Shown here in pieces: positions 1 through 13,000 of a stretch of 64,000 nt of DNA. A program made the position numbers and the translations under genes. A model generated the notes under the pieces. It saw only the letters and a program-made list of their open reading frames with translations, was not told where the DNA came from and made no database searches. This stretch comes from Epiperipatus broadwayi. Taxonomy: Eukaryota; Animalia; Onychophora. Location of the stretch: positions 11,098,001-11,162,000 of the forward strand of contig JAQFVV010000006.1 of assembly GCA_028023455.1 (NCBI GenBank), read 5' to 3'. The first letter of the stretch is position 1; each line of letters opens with the position of its first letter.

Positions 1-197
1 ATGACAACTTTAAATATGAAGATGGGAGAAATTGGTTGCCAAAACCAAATGGGTATTCAATAGATGGATGGATGGATTGTAGATATGAAGGCAGATAGAT
101 ATATAAAGAAAAAAATAGAAGATACATATAAAAAGATAGACAAATAGATTAACATACATAGTGGAAAATTTCATTCAAAAGAGGTGTTTATGATTAC

Positions 198-329
198 CTG
201 TGCTTCGAGGGGTTTTCTGCAGCATGCAAATATATGAGATGATTGGTCACATATTTTTTGGAACTGTTTGACAAATTCAAGTCCAATTCCTCTATTAGTG
301 CCAGTTATTAAAACTGACCTTGGATTCAT
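198..329 (-). CDS. First coding exon of a classical short-chain dehydrogenase/reductase (C-factor/sniffer-like); the gene continues beyond the left edge
   Basis: Translates as MNPRSVLITGTNRGIGLEFVKQFQKICDQSSHIFACCRKPLEAQ, with a TGxxxGxG Rossmann motif. Phase-0 GT donor at 197. AG acceptor at 369-370 gives a 39-nt 5'UTR part with an in-frame stop before the ATG, so an upstream non-coding exon exists; it was not located. Confidence 0.88.
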
Positions 330-500
330 ATCAACGAATATTATGCGGCTTTCTCTTTAATTTCTCAACTGCAACAAACAAAAAAAAGTTAATATAATTT
401 ACTTTGAACTTGCATACTCATACAATATATATATATATAAACAAAATAAATTGTTTGCTATAGCATAATTATTTTAATAAAAATAATGAATTATAGTCAA

Positions 501-571
501 GCGTTGGTGATCAAGAGGTTAGCACAGCTGTCTTACAGTAGTTGTCCCGGGGTTCACTTCCCGGACAATGC
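501..571 (+). pseudogene. tRNA-Gly-like pseudogene or tRNA-derived SINE head
   Basis: GCGTTGG...ACAATGC acceptor-like stem and CCGGG-GTTCACTT-CCCGG T-arm resemble tRNA-Gly. D arm and anticodon arm are degenerate. Confidence 0.5.
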
Positions 572-646
572 TTTGACACATTAAAAAAATAATGAATTAC
601 AATTAAAAAAATAATGAATTACAATAGTTATAGTGTTATAGTAACC

Positions 647-921
647 CACAGAAATACTTTCAGTTAATTTCTTAACTGTCTTCAATTGAAACCATTTAAA
701 TTTAATTTCCATCTGGTAAATACTAATACTAAGTTTCTGCATGAGGAGAGAAACCATAAGAAAATTAAAGAGGCAATTTTGATAAATATAGGATATCTTT
801 AATTTTTAATTAAACTTGTGAATCTTGGGATATGACATGATAGCATTTAATTTTCCTAAGTTTGAATTTAAATGGTTTTCAGTTGAAGAAGTTTAAGAAA
901 TTAACTGAAAGTACTTTTGTG
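647..921. mobile_element. MITE-like element with ~60-bp terminal inverted repeats
   Basis: CACAGAAATACTTTCAGTTAATTTCTTAA... is mirrored by ...TTAAGAAATTAACTGAAAGTACTTTTGTG; no coding capacity. Confidence 0.6.
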
Positions 922-1486
922 ATTTATTATAGTTATTTGCAAAATATCATTATATATCATTATTTTTATTACAGTTTTATATATTTGCGTAATGTATAAG
1001 ATTTATAGTAATTGATATGCTCCCTGGCTTAAGCATTTGACAATATAAATAATAAAAAAATGGCCACCTTTTATTAAATTCTCTTTGTTTATAAAGAAAT
1101 ATATTATGAACGACCTTTACCAAAGGAGAAAGTTTTAAACAAAGTAGATATATATATACTGAAAGATAATTTTTAAGCTGATTTTCTACTTACCCAAGTA
1201 GAAAATATTTTTTCATTTTGAAACTTTGTAAACAAGCGTGAAGATGTAACAATTCGAGAAAATTGTTTATGGTAATTGTTATATTAATTGATATATATTC
1301 TGGTTTAAGTTGTTCGTGCCAATCTTTTTTATAAACAATGAGAACTTATAAAAAAAAAAGACTCATTCTTTTATTATAAATATTGTCGAACATAAATACT
1401 GTTATCAAATGATAATCTCATATATTACATATACACCCTTTAGAACAGTTGATAATGAATTCAGTTAACGATTAATTAATAAAAGC

Positions 1487-2868
1487 CAATAAACTGCTAA
1501 ACATCACATGATCACCATTTCTTAAGTTGCTCAAACTGTTAAAACACACAAAACTCTCCATAGAGTAGTGCCACTCAGTGCAAGCCAGAGTAATCCATGG
1601 ATGCAAGAAGGTTTGTGCATAAAATCCCTATTTAGTGCCTAGTCATCCAATATCCCCAGACTAGTTTCTAGTTGTGGCTTTCATCAGTGAGGAGCCTTAG
1701 ATCTGAGAGCACTGCACTTAAATCTTAGAATCTAATGCAACCCTCCAGCAGCCATCTTTTATTTCTATTTAACTACAAAACTATGAATCCGAAATTGAAA
1801 ACACAATATTTTCAATCCAAGCTCACTAGCTTATATAGTCATATAGGTCTGAACTCAATTCAATACCCATATATTTTGGTGTCTTTGGTTCTTTAATAAC
1901 CATAGCCACTACTATCCTATTAGGAAGGATTTGGTATCAAACCACTAAACATCACATGATCACCATTTCTTATGCTTGCTCAAGCTGTTAAAACCCTCCA
2001 TACAGTAGTGCCACTCAGTGAAAGTCAGAGTAATCAATGGATGCAAGAACATTTGTGCATAAAAACCCTATCTAGTGCCTACCCATTCAATATCCACAGA
2101 TTAGTTTCTAGCTTGTGGCTTTCATCTGTAAGAGCCTAAGCTAGTGAACGTGGATTTAAAATATTATTGTGTTTTCAATTTCAGATTCATAGTTTTGAAG
2201 TTGAGATAAAAGGTAATTGCTGGAGGATTGCATTAGATCCTAAATTCTAGGTGCAGTGCTCTCAGATCCAAGGCTCTTCATTGATGAAAACCACAAGCTA
2301 GAAACTAGTCTGGAAATATTGGATGAGTAGGCACTAGATAAGAATTTTATGCACAAACTTTCTTGCATCCATTGATTACTTTGGCTTACACTGAGTGGCA
2401 CTAGTGTATGGAGAGTTTTGCCTGTTTTGACCGCTTGAGCAAGCATAAGAAATGGTGATCATGTGATGTTTAGTGATTTAATACCAATACTGCCTAATAG
2501 GATAGTGGTGGCAATGATTATTAAAAAACCAAAGACACCAAAGTGTATGAGTACTAAACTGAATTCAGACCTATATGACTATATAAGCTAGTGAGCTTGG
2601 ATTAAAAATATTGTGTTCAATGTCAGACTCATAGTTTTGTAGTTAAGTAGAGATAAAAGGTGGCTGCTGAAGGATTGCATTAGATCCTAAGATCTAGGAG
2701 CAATACTCCCAGATCCAAGGCTTTTCACTGACGAAGGCCACAAGTCAGAAACTAGTCTGTAGATATTGGATGAATAGGCACTAAATAGGGATTTTATGCA
2801 CAAACCTTGCATCCATTGATTACTCTGGCTTGAACTGAGTGACGCTACTGTATGGAGAGTTTTACCTA
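1487..2868. mobile_element. Hammerhead repeat family A: inverted double array (about 1.5 monomers minus, 1.6 monomers plus), one insertion
   Basis: ~447-bp periodicity (GGATTGCATTAGATCC at 2225 and 2672). Hammerhead-like cores near 1653-1693 (-), 2095-2132 (-), 2275-2315 (+) and 2722-2763 (+). 13-bp direct repeat AATTAATAAAAGC at 1474-1486 and 2869-2881. Confidence 0.85.
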
Positions 2869-4269
2869 AATTAATAAAAGCAGTTACAATATTCGGCAAA
2901 TTAAATTTTCATCTAGGCGAATTTAATTAAAGACAACTAACAGGAGGTCATGTACATGGTGGAGTGAGTGAATACAATTTATTTTTAATTGGCAAGTAGG
3001 TTCTACTCATGAGTAACGATCAAATTGAGCCTACATCAAAACAAGTTTCCCCGCAGATTCAATTATATTTCCTGATCGCTATCCTTTCCATCTAATAAGT
3101 TATTACATTAACAAATAAATAATCAGCTAGGTTCGGATGAAAAATGACAAAAAATTATTAATATCAAATAATAACTTTAATGAAAGAATAGCAGTATAAG
3201 ATAATAATGATAAAAATAAAAAAAATCTATTTACATATTTACAATCAAGAAACTTATATAGTGATCATGCGCATAAGAAAAAAAAAATCTCTGTAACTTA
3301 CAATATCTTTGAGGATAACTATAGAAAGTTCAGTTCATTTACTTTGACATTTTTGTAAGCTCACATGTACATCGTTTCCGTAAACGTGGGAACATAACCA
3401 CTAATCATTGAATTTTAATGTTTTTTGGCAATATAAGATTTTAGCATCTATTGGTTCCTTCCGAAGTAATTTTCTTATGAGAGTTTTCATTGCAGTTTTC
3501 TTCTGAGCATTTAAAATACGTCAATTCGCATGTTAATTATAGATATATGTTTCCACGAAATAATAACTTTAGATAACTAGGTTTTTTTTTCTTTCTTCAG
3601 CAAATAAATGTTAAATATTTCTTCTACATTCAATAACAATGAATGAAGATTAAATTTTAAGGCATATTGTTTGTCTAGAGCTCTATATTCAGCTAGAATA
3701 TTGGAGAGGTGGGGAAAAGCATTCGAAAGAGTTCTCTACTCCATAAAATGCATGACATAAACTAGAAATCTTTTACAAAATTTCACTGACTTCTTAACAG
3801 TAAGAGATATCACAGCAATGGGCGGTACAATCCTTTTTTGCTTTCTTAAAAAGCAGACGAGTTTTGAAAGCTTCTGTTGATTCCCATAGCAACGTTTTTA
3901 TTTACATTTTCTCCCAGTCATTTGCAATTGATTTTCTTAGCAATATTTCTTTTATATAAAGTCATTCTATATGAATGACCTTTAGTATTTTGTTATACAT
4001 AATAATGAAAATATTAAATATTAACATAATAGCAACGCCTGTAAACTTAGATGTGAGGGTTACAACATATATAATTGATCTCATTAGTATTACAGTGGAG
4101 TGGTTAGCACATCTACTTACTTTGGTCCTGAGCTGCATTGTTCAAATCTTCATAAAAAACATTTCTTTTTTTTTTTGATAAGAGAATTTCCAAGCAATCT
4201 TAATCTTTCATTCGGACAGGTGACTTATTAACTAGGAGATAAATAAATAAGCCAAATCTTATTTTATTT

Positions 4270-4595
4270 GTTTAAGTAATTTAGATTGCACTTTATGCAA
4301 AAAAGTGAAGCTTGTCTAAAATATTATTAAAGAGTTATATGGCTAAGCGCTTTCAGAGAACTTAAGTCTCCATATCCATAGCCTACTTTAATTGAAGTTT
4401 AGCGGTGATTATGCAAAATTTATGCAAATTCTCTTTTATAAAGACCATTTTCTGGAGATTGCAAAGCATGATTCTTTACGGTTTATTGCACAGTTGTCAT
4501 TTGAAATAAAGCATGCCTCCTTAATCTTTCGTTTCATATCATTACGTAAAGCGCAATCTAAATTACTTACTACTCAAAGGTGAAGTAGAAAATTA
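4270..4595. mobile_element. MITE-like element; partial copy also at 32760-32945
   Basis: Inverted ends AAGTAATTTAGATTGCACTTTATG and CGTAAAGCGCAATCTAAATTACTT. The internal ~170 bp is shared with 32760-32945. Confidence 0.6.
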
Positions 4596-5522
4596 GTATT
4601 TTATTTTATTTGTTTAAATAAGTATCCTTTTATTCTATTTTAGCTATTCAGTAAAGATATCTGAAAAGATTTGATTCTAAAAAGAGTTATTTAAAGCTGT
4701 TTAATCTATTTATCTACACTTCCTCCCAACAACTCTCCAAAGAGAAACAGTGAAGAATAGAAAGGATTTAAGGTTTTTCTTCCTTGTTTTGCCTTTTAAC
4801 CAGGAATTGCTGGATATACTATGCATTGTTTAAATAATCATAAGATGGAAATCCCCATCCATAGCGTAAATATAAATTAGGAACTTGCATCACAAATCAG
4901 CTACTTCATCATGGTGCGCATTCATGTTTCCAATGTAAATCAGGAATCTGACATATCATGTTCGCTGACATCAGGATGCCTGCGAAACATTTTTAACTGG
5001 CTCATAATTAGATGCACAGTTGTTTTTCATTCTCTGGATTGTTGTGGTTAGAATTAATTATTATAAATATAAAAACTGATTTAAGATTATCGCAGAATGG
5101 TGAAACATTCTGATATTATTGAATCGATGAAAATAAGTACCCTTTTATTAAGAAAATGGATTCTAAAAACATTTTCTTAATGTTTAGATCCTGGCTTAAA
5201 AATAAAGAACAGAAATTTTTGTTAGATGGGAATTATAATCAGTTAGCTGAATGCGGTGTTTAAGTGACAGCCTAAAAGTTTCAAACATAAACAAATGTTA
5301 AATGTAAATATTTCAAATTCTTAAGAAGTAATATTTTGAATTAAATTTAAAATAAATACACATTGGATACACTTTAAGTTCACTACTGTAACATCCTGCA
5401 AAATAAAAGTAACAGAGAATTTGTGAACTCTTTTTAGTGCGAAGATTGTTGGCCTTTGCAGTAAATAACATATTTCCATTCATATTATTTCCAGGAGCTT
5501 CTGTGTAATAAAAATATAATAA

Positions 5523-5847
5523 ACAAAGCAAAGCAAAACTCCATATAGTAGTGCCACCTGTGCTAAACAGAGTAATCAATGGATGCCAGAAGGCTTGTGT
5601 ATAAAATCCCTATCTAATGCCTACTCATCCAATATCCCCGGACTAGTTTCTGGCTTGTGGCCTTCGTCAGTGAGGAGCTTTCAATCTGAGAGCACTGCAT
5701 ATAGATCTTAGGATCTAATGCAACCCTCTAGCAACCACCTTTTATCTCTACTTAACTACAAAACTATGAGCATGAAATTGAAAACACAAAAAATATTTTC
5801 AATCTAAGCTCAATAGCTTATATAGTCATGTGATGCTTGCTGGTTTA
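5523..5847 (-). mobile_element. Hammerhead family A insertion with short inverted terminal piece
   Basis: Minus-strand core TCCTCA CTGACGA AGGC CACAA GCCA GAAA CTAGTC at 5635-5676. Direct repeat AAAAATATAATAA at 5510-5522 and 5848-5860. Confidence 0.8.
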
Positions 5848-5860
5848 AAAAATATAATAA

Positions 5861-6010
5861 CTGAATAGCAACCGTTTCGGTACAATAACAAATACTTTCC
5901 TCAGAACTTCTTTCTCAAATAAGAAGCTCTAAAGAAAGTCTTCGACGAAACGTCAGCTAATTAGCTATTAAAGTTTTATTACACAGAAGCTCTTGGAAAT
6001 AATACTATGA
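5861..6010. repeat. Penelope-type pseudo-LTR remnant with two degenerate minimal hammerhead motifs
   Basis: Plus strand: CTAAAGA AA GTC TTC GAC GAAA C GTC AG. Minus strand: CTGAGGA...GTACC GAAA CGG. Segment ~5980-6000 is the reverse complement of ~5487-5515. Confidence 0.45.
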
Positions 6011-6834
6011 ATTCATCATTTATCCATAAGAATATTAGAATTAAAATATTTCCATTGTAGATTTCATCTACTAAAAATCTTGCAGTATAATTCACTTAGC
6101 AATGACTTTCAGAAATAGGCTGAGTCAGTTTCTATGCAAAACTTAGAGAGGATTAAATATTAAAATCTGAAATAGAAAGCAAAAAAAAATAGCCATTTAT
6201 CAACAAGTATTAAATTTTCATCACTGATGAGTTTACAATTATCCAAAAAACCTGCATACACTATTACCTATCCCTCTAAAAAGAAACATTAGGAAAACAA
6301 AATTTTTTGGTAGAAAATGTTAAGTAAAATTAACTTCTAAGAAGAACTATCCTTTTTAAAAGGTAGATAATTGGAAATAAATAAATCAAAATCATTTTTA
6401 ACTGAAGTGGTTCTAAATTTTTCAAATCAGCAATATTATTGTGAAGAATATTACCAACACATTTGAATCCAACCCCAGCAGTGGTTTTCCATTCTCATAT
6501 ACTTCTCCACAATATTTGAATCCAATCCCGGTAGTGATTTTCCATTCTCATATATTTCTCCACCTGACAGAAAGACAAATACAAAGCTATTAAAATTAGA
6601 TTTACCGTTAACCCATGACCAAGTTTTATCATCCAATACAAGCCATAAATCAAAATGCTCTTTGCACAATTAAGATTTCTCTCAAATAATCAAAATAAGA
6701 TGTATGAGTTGGACTTTTTGTGAAGTAATATATGTAGATGCTAAAGAAATGTTATTATGAATTAAAAATATATACTTATAATAACAATATATATGCAATT
6801 TTCTTTTTCTTATGTATTGATTTTTATATTTACG

Positions 6835-7045
6835 TATCATACCATTTCCAATTTTCTTATACACTTCAGCAATACTATTTTTTATATCAAAACTTTATTC
6901 TTACAGTTTTGGCTGTCCTGCAGACATCATCAGAGCTCTTTAAAATCCATTCCTCTGATGATGACTGCAGGATAATTCAATCTGTAAGAATAAAGTTTTA
7001 ATATAAAAAATAGTATTGCTGAAGTGTATAAGAAAGTTGGAAACA
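6835..7045. repeat. Inverted repeat built from two divergently oriented hammerhead-like remnants (family C)
   Basis: CTTATACACTTCAGCAATACTATTTTTTATAT is mirrored by ATATAAAAAATAGTATTGCTGAAGTGTATAAG. Each arm carries CTGATGA TG(A/T)CTGCAGGA... near the centre. Confidence 0.65.
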
Positions 7046-7275
7046 GTATATGTAAATAATATATATATATATGTAGATCCTTGATAATGACTACAAGGAA
7101 GTAGTTAAAATGTTGGAAATAAGTGGATAATGTATTGGAATATACATGTGTTCATGAAAAAAATAAAATTTTTAAAAAGAGAAAAAAAAATATTATTGAA
7201 TATTTTTTATATATGATTATTTGGAACCATATTTTAATGGAGAAAGGGAGTTTATTGTCATTAAATTGGTTAGAA

Positions 7276-8276
7276 CAGTGGTCGGCAATCTTTTAGATAT
7301 TGTGGACCAACTGTCAGCAATATTGCAAACCAACATAATTTTTAAAGGTACAAATTAATATGAGTATTGAGTAGGATATACATATATATTTATTTATATA
7401 TATTAAAAATTAGTGCGACATTTGCCGCTCTTAGTTTAAAATTATTTTAGAAATCCTTGGCTCCAATGATGTCAATGCAACACGTAAAGGAGCTTCTATT
7501 TTAAACCGAGAGCGATACTTGTTTTTAATAGCTGTTACAGTTGAGAATGTTTTTTCACACAAGTAGGTCGTTGTGAATGGAGTCAGATTTATTAGATATA
7601 AATATAAAGAAATGCTTAAATGATTGTAATATTGAACTTAAAGTACAAAATAAATTAGAATATTATATTAATATAATTTTTGTGCAAGTTTTTTTTTGTA
7701 GTTATTTGTTTTCATTTCGAGTTATATGAAAATAAAACTAAGTTTGTATTTATATGTTTTATAATTTGTTAAAGAATTGTTTTATTTTGTTTTTTGTTAA
7801 TATAATGTTCATTTTATTTCATAAAAATAAATGAATGTATATACATATTTGTTACATTTTATATGTGTAATTTTCTAATCTACAAAAATTATTTAAGATT
7901 AATAATGAATAGTATTCTATTCTTTAATAATTTAAGTTTTAGTTCACCTAATTACTAAGGGTGTGCCATAGTCAAATTTGATTCCTAGTCAATTGTACAG
8001 AATTTGGATTCTTATTTTTTTTACTTTTTCTATGCCACTGACCAAGTAGGGGTTAATTAAACACCTTTGAAGTAGATGTTTTGCAAGTCCCTGTAGTATT
8101 TTGTAACAAATCAATTAGCAATATAATGTTCTTGTTCTATTCTACATATAATAATACGGCTTAAATAAAATTTATTTTTTATTTAAAAATTTGATTAAAT
8201 GAGCTTAGCGAATTTAAATATCTGAATTTCTTTGCAGGCCACTAGTGGTCCATGGACCACTGGTTGCCAACTGCTG
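7276..8276 (-). mobile_element. Non-autonomous hAT (Charlie-like) element with a transposase C-terminal remnant
   Basis: TIRs CAGTGGTCGGCAA and TTGCCAACTGCTG; 8-bp TSD GGTTAGAA/GGTTAGAG. Minus strand ~7410-7570 reads KTFSTVTAIKNKYRSRFKIEAPLRVALTSLEPRISK..RQMSH, a hAT dimerisation-domain-like sequence. Confidence 0.8.
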
Positions 8277-9526
8277 GGTTAGAGCATTGCCTTAAAATTA
8301 CTATTTTCTTTTCATTTTCTACAACTTTCTTTTATCTAACCAACTTATCTTTCCTCCCTGCCATCAGAGTCAGCCCAAGCCATTGATGGACTAAGCAATT
8401 ACTTAAATTTAGTAGTTACAGTCAGCATTAGTTAAAATGAAATATTTATCAATTCTTTTAATTAGGCATACTATGTATATATTTAGAACTGTCTCATGTA
8501 AGTATACAAGTTATTCAATGCGCAAGGCGTCTAGTAGTCGTCAAAACTATTGGACGGGCTCTGCCTATCCCTTATAATTATATACCATTCCACCTACATT
8601 TATCCATTTCTTATACATATATATGGAAATACATGCATTACCATATCGTAACAATTTTATCCTCTCCATATAATAAACTTAAAACATTTTACTAACCTAT
8701 TTTCTTCCATAAATAAATTGTAAATAATTGACCGGAGTCAGACTTCAGAATATACGATCTTTGGATCGATTGCACTTATCTGCCAGCATTCCAACTTCTT
8801 AAGAACTTCTGACAATAAAGCTGTTCGGTTTTTATAATTGTAGGTAGTTAGGCTGTGCTGCTCTCTTACAAAACTCGAAATTTAACAAGCTTTTATTTTA
8901 ATTTCATAATGCTAGAAAAATCGCTAAGCAGAATCAACATCTTTCGTATAATTTTTATCAATTTAGTTCAAATTTAAAAGTCACTTTGTGCATTAAAATG
9001 ATTTGTTAAAATTGGAGAATGAATTAAACTACCTCAAAGAGTTCTATTAAAATTTTAAGTTCGTCTCCTCATTAATGAAAATATAAGGTATCTTTTCTTT
9101 TCTTAAGTTTCTATTACTTTTTATTAAAAGATTACTCGATTAATACTAAAACAAAGTTTATCCTTTAGAAATATTTTTTAGGTTAGTTTACTTGAATATA
9201 AATTCACTATAATGCAGTATAGTAAAATTTCCTTTTCTTTTAACATATACAGTGTAATAAAAGCAACCAAATCAAATTACATTTTTTCGAATTGCCCAGC
9301 TGCGAAGTAACTAAATTTCTATAAAGTAGGAATCGTAAGAGAAAATAGATCATTAAAATTGAGGTTAAAACAAAATGTGGTTTGGAAATATCAAATTATC
9401 AGCGACCAAAATTAAATGTTATCAATTAATAACACACTACTCATATTAAAAATAAAAGTTACTACTAATTTACCGTTACTATATAGTAGGTAAACAAACC
9501 TCCACACCAGCGCGGTTTTATTGTGA

Positions 9527-9774
9527 GGATACTCTCGCCCCAGCCACAAGATTAAGTCTTTAAGGAAATAAGAGCGACCATTTTATTTACGAATTTAAAG
9601 CACAAAGCAAATTTTAATATTTCATAAGCGCTAATAAGAATATTAAACTAAAAAATGAATGGTTTATATATTCACGCTCTCATACTTAAGATTGGCTGAT
9701 AAATTACCATGTGAGTTGGGAATAAGATGGTCGCACTTATTTCCTTTTGTCTTGTGACTGGAGCAAAAATATCC
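9527..9774. mobile_element. MITE-like foldback
   Basis: GGATACTCTCGCCCCAGCCACAAG...GGAAATAAGAGCGACCAT is mirrored by ATGGTCGCACTTATTTCC...CTTGTGACTGGAGCAAAAATATCC. Confidence 0.55.
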
Positions 9775-10179
9775 GTGCAGTTTACCTTCTATATAGTTAA
9801 AATTTAAACACAGCGCTTGTAAAATTTAGAATATTATATAATTTACTGTTAATATAGATATTTTAAGATTACTTGATAATCTGTTGGGTGTCGCTTTCCA
9901 ATCAAATGAGTTATCTTTCTTTTCAGTAAAATGTTTCGTATTTTCAATTTAATTATATTTTTTTATCCGAAAGTTCGTGTGCACAAAATTAATAATTAAT
10001 TTGTAATGTATACGAAAGCAAAAGGTTATAGCAAATTTCTAAAACTATTTAAATTAGCAAATACTGTAGTCTTTCTTTAGCCATATATGTAGCTTCATTT
10101 GTCGTATAATAAAGGAATGTTTGTTGAAAGGAGCACTTAAAAGAAGCTTACAGGACAAATTTACTAATGTCTACCGTAA

Positions 10180-11220
10180 TTAGAAGGGATTTTAACTCAG
10201 ACTTTCAAACTCCATACTGCTATCAACTCCATCTTATACAACCGATACACATGTGAAAAAGATAAATGATCTCCAATATTTGTATCTCGTGCTGAACCAG
10301 TACTCATCAGTTGGTTCAGATCATCATCTCCCACATATATATATATAACCAGTATTCAGTTTATATTAAGATAGCAAATCTTCAAACTTTAACGGATAGG
10401 CTTCATCTTCCAATCCTTCAACCATCCATATCATTGAAAATCTAATGGAATGTTCAAAGTTCTTGTTGGTACCAATATTATTGCGATACTCATGTTGACT
10501 TTAAGTCAATCGGACCTCTCACGTATGGGACCTTAATATGTCCATTTAAATAGAAGATGGATGGGCAGAATACAGGTTGATGAGTGCTACTTCAGCACAA
10601 AATGCATATATTAGAGATCATTTGTCTTTTTCACATATATGGTCATGGGGCAGATAGCTATAGGAACTTTAAAGTCTGAGTTCAAATCCCCTCTAACTAC
10701 ATTATGTTCAGTAATGACAATATACTTGTATTTAAATATTACATATTCAGCTTGTATTCTGGCATCTTTCTTTTGTATATGTAAATGGACATATTAAGTT
10801 CTTATATGTGAGGGGTCAGAGTGACAAAGTGAACATGGGTATGACAATATTGGCATCAATAAGGCCTTTGAGTGTTCCATCATCAGATTTTCAATGATAT
10901 GGATGGCTGAAAAGTTGGAGGATAGAATAGATTAAAGCCTGTCTATTAAAGTTTGAAGATTTTCTATCTTAATATAAACTGAGCATTGGTTGTATATATA
11001 TGAGGGAGATGATCTGGACCAACCAATGAGTGCTGATTCAGCATGAAATATGTACATTGGAGATTATTTATCTTTGTTACATGTATGTGGTCATGTGTAT
11101 TGGTTGTATAAGATGGAATGGATAGATGTAGGGAACTTGAAAATCTGATTTCAAATCCCTTCTAATTACATTAAATTCAATATAGATAATATACTTCTAT
11201 TTAAATATTAGTCTACTGTA
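10180..11220. repeat. Hammerhead repeat family B1 cluster (one minus and two plus pieces)
   Basis: Motif ATGATCT GGA CCAA CTGATGA GTGCTG-nnn-CAGCAC GAAA ... ATA TTGG AGATCAT occurs in decayed form at 10266-10325 (-), ~10570-10620 (+) and 11009-11070 (+). Confidence 0.75.
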
Positions 11221-11825
11221 CATATTCTTGTCATTTGCAATTGTTATTACTGTAATTATTCATATGCTAAACAAAGGAGAATAGTGATTCATCATCACAC
11301 ATTCGCTAATGTGAGTTTACTGGTAGTTTTTACTTCCAAGTTTAAAATCAAGCAACATTATAGTCTTCTCAGTTGTCCAATAGTTTTTTTTTTTTTTTTG
11401 AAAACAAGATATTAGTGTGAATGATTCTTTTCCCTTGTAAATATTTTAAAGGATAACAAACAAAAACTAAATTATGGTCTTTATTCTCAGAAGGCTGTAA
11501 AATTGCCAACCATGGTAGCATTTAATAGTCGAAGGCATAGAATGCTAAGAATACCCTGATTGCAGACCCAGACTGCAATTCAATTATCACTTTTATTTAT
11601 ATGTATACAACTTCTGATCTTTTATACATATTTATTCCATTTCTTATACAAATACATAGAAATAAATTATCCCTTTCACAAGTTATAAAACTATTCTTGG
11701 CTAATGTATTGGTCACTTCTCTATATAATACAGTTGCACACTACTTTTATTAATCTGTCTTTATTTATACATTGTAACCTTCCAAATACTTAATTTTCCT
11801 AATGAAAACAAAAATCCACATCATT

Positions 11826-12040
11826 TAATGTTTGTCTAAATCACATGGTGTTATTAAATTAGTAATAAATTGAAAGGTTGCTAGTCTTTCACATGCGCCT
11901 ACTGTTAGTTCTCAGACAGCCAATCAGACTACTGTTTAACATCTGATTGGCTGTCTGAGAAACAACAGTAGGCGCATGTGAAAGACTAGCAACCTTTCAA
12001 TTTATTACTAATTTAATAACATGTGATTTAGACAAATATT
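11826..12040. repeat. Near-perfect ~100-bp-arm palindrome (foldback/MITE); extra right arm at 12285-12365
   Basis: Arms 11826-11928 and 11942-12040 are almost identical reverse complements with a 13-nt spacer. Confidence 0.9.
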
Positions 12041-12414
12041 ATTTACATATGTTGCTGATAACTTATATTAACATCTAGAAAATTGTGGTGTAGTAAATCT
12101 AAGATTTCGGGCTGTAATATCGTAAATTAAAAACTCAGTGAGTAATAAATGAATATGTTTATATCTTCATGCTTTCAAGCCAAGATGCTTAAGACTGGCT
12201 TATATATATAAAAAGTTAAGTAAAGTGAAGGGTGGTATCATTTTCTTATTAAAATCTGTCATGTGTCAAGGCCTGATCGCTCCTCAGACCGCTGTTTAAC
12301 ATCTGATTGGCTGTCTGAGAAACAATAGTAGGTGCATGTGAAAGACTAGCAACCTTTCAATTTATCATTTAATGTTGAAAATTTTTGGTATGCAATATCT
12401 CAAGGAAATGTATC

Positions 12415-12708
12415 ATGGAAAATAACTTTATGCAAAAACGTAAATGAGATACGCTTAAAAACAAAGTTCACAATTTTTGCCTAGTGCGCTTTCGACTAAG
12501 TTATATTAGTCATAGCATCTGACAGAGGGGAGATTGCTGGCTTTATTAGCGAAATGTTTTTCTAATAAAGCTGACAATCTTCTCCTCTGTCAGATGCCAT
12601 GACCATGACTAATATAACTTAGTTGAAAGTGCACTAATTAAAAATTGCAAACTTTAATCAGATTTTAAGCATATCTCATATACGCTTTTGTATATAGTTA
12701 TTTTCCAT
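12415..12708. repeat. Imperfect ~135-bp-arm palindrome (foldback/MITE)
   Basis: GCATCTGACAGAGGGGAGATTG...CTTTATTAG is mirrored by CTAATAAAG...CAATCTTCTCCTCTGTCAGATGC; 12-nt spacer. Confidence 0.8.
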
Positions 12709-12929
12709 ACACCCTCATTTAGCCACGAATACTCATTTGTAATTCATTGCCCAATCCATATCTTTTTTTTTAATCTATTCTCCGAGTTCTCTATGCAAGA
12801 GAAAGTTCACTATGTCCAAATGTGAAAGCTGGCACCATTATATTTTCTAAATAATTCTACATATTTCATATTTATTATGTGATATAATTAATAACTCCAG
12901 TCATTTATATTTTATTCAATGAAATCATT

Positions 12930-13000
12930 GCAGTTTTGACTGTCCAGCAGTCTTCATCAGAGCTACAAAATATTTTAAAACATTTCATTTACATGTTATT
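12930..13000 (-). repeat. Degenerate minimal hammerhead (family C)
   Basis: Minus strand CTGATGA A GACTG CTGGA CAGTC AAAA C; the GAAA box is mutated to AAAA. Confidence 0.5.

Noticed and set aside
501-571. Functional tRNA gene
   Set aside because: D arm and anticodon arm do not fold canonically and the T loop is 8 nt; kept only as a pseudogene or SINE head.
6451-6669. 72-aa ORF with a C-type-lectin-like LW...WSWVNG stretch
   Set aside because: No further lectin cysteines or partner exons found; half of it comes from a 53-bp tandem duplication that is not a multiple of three.
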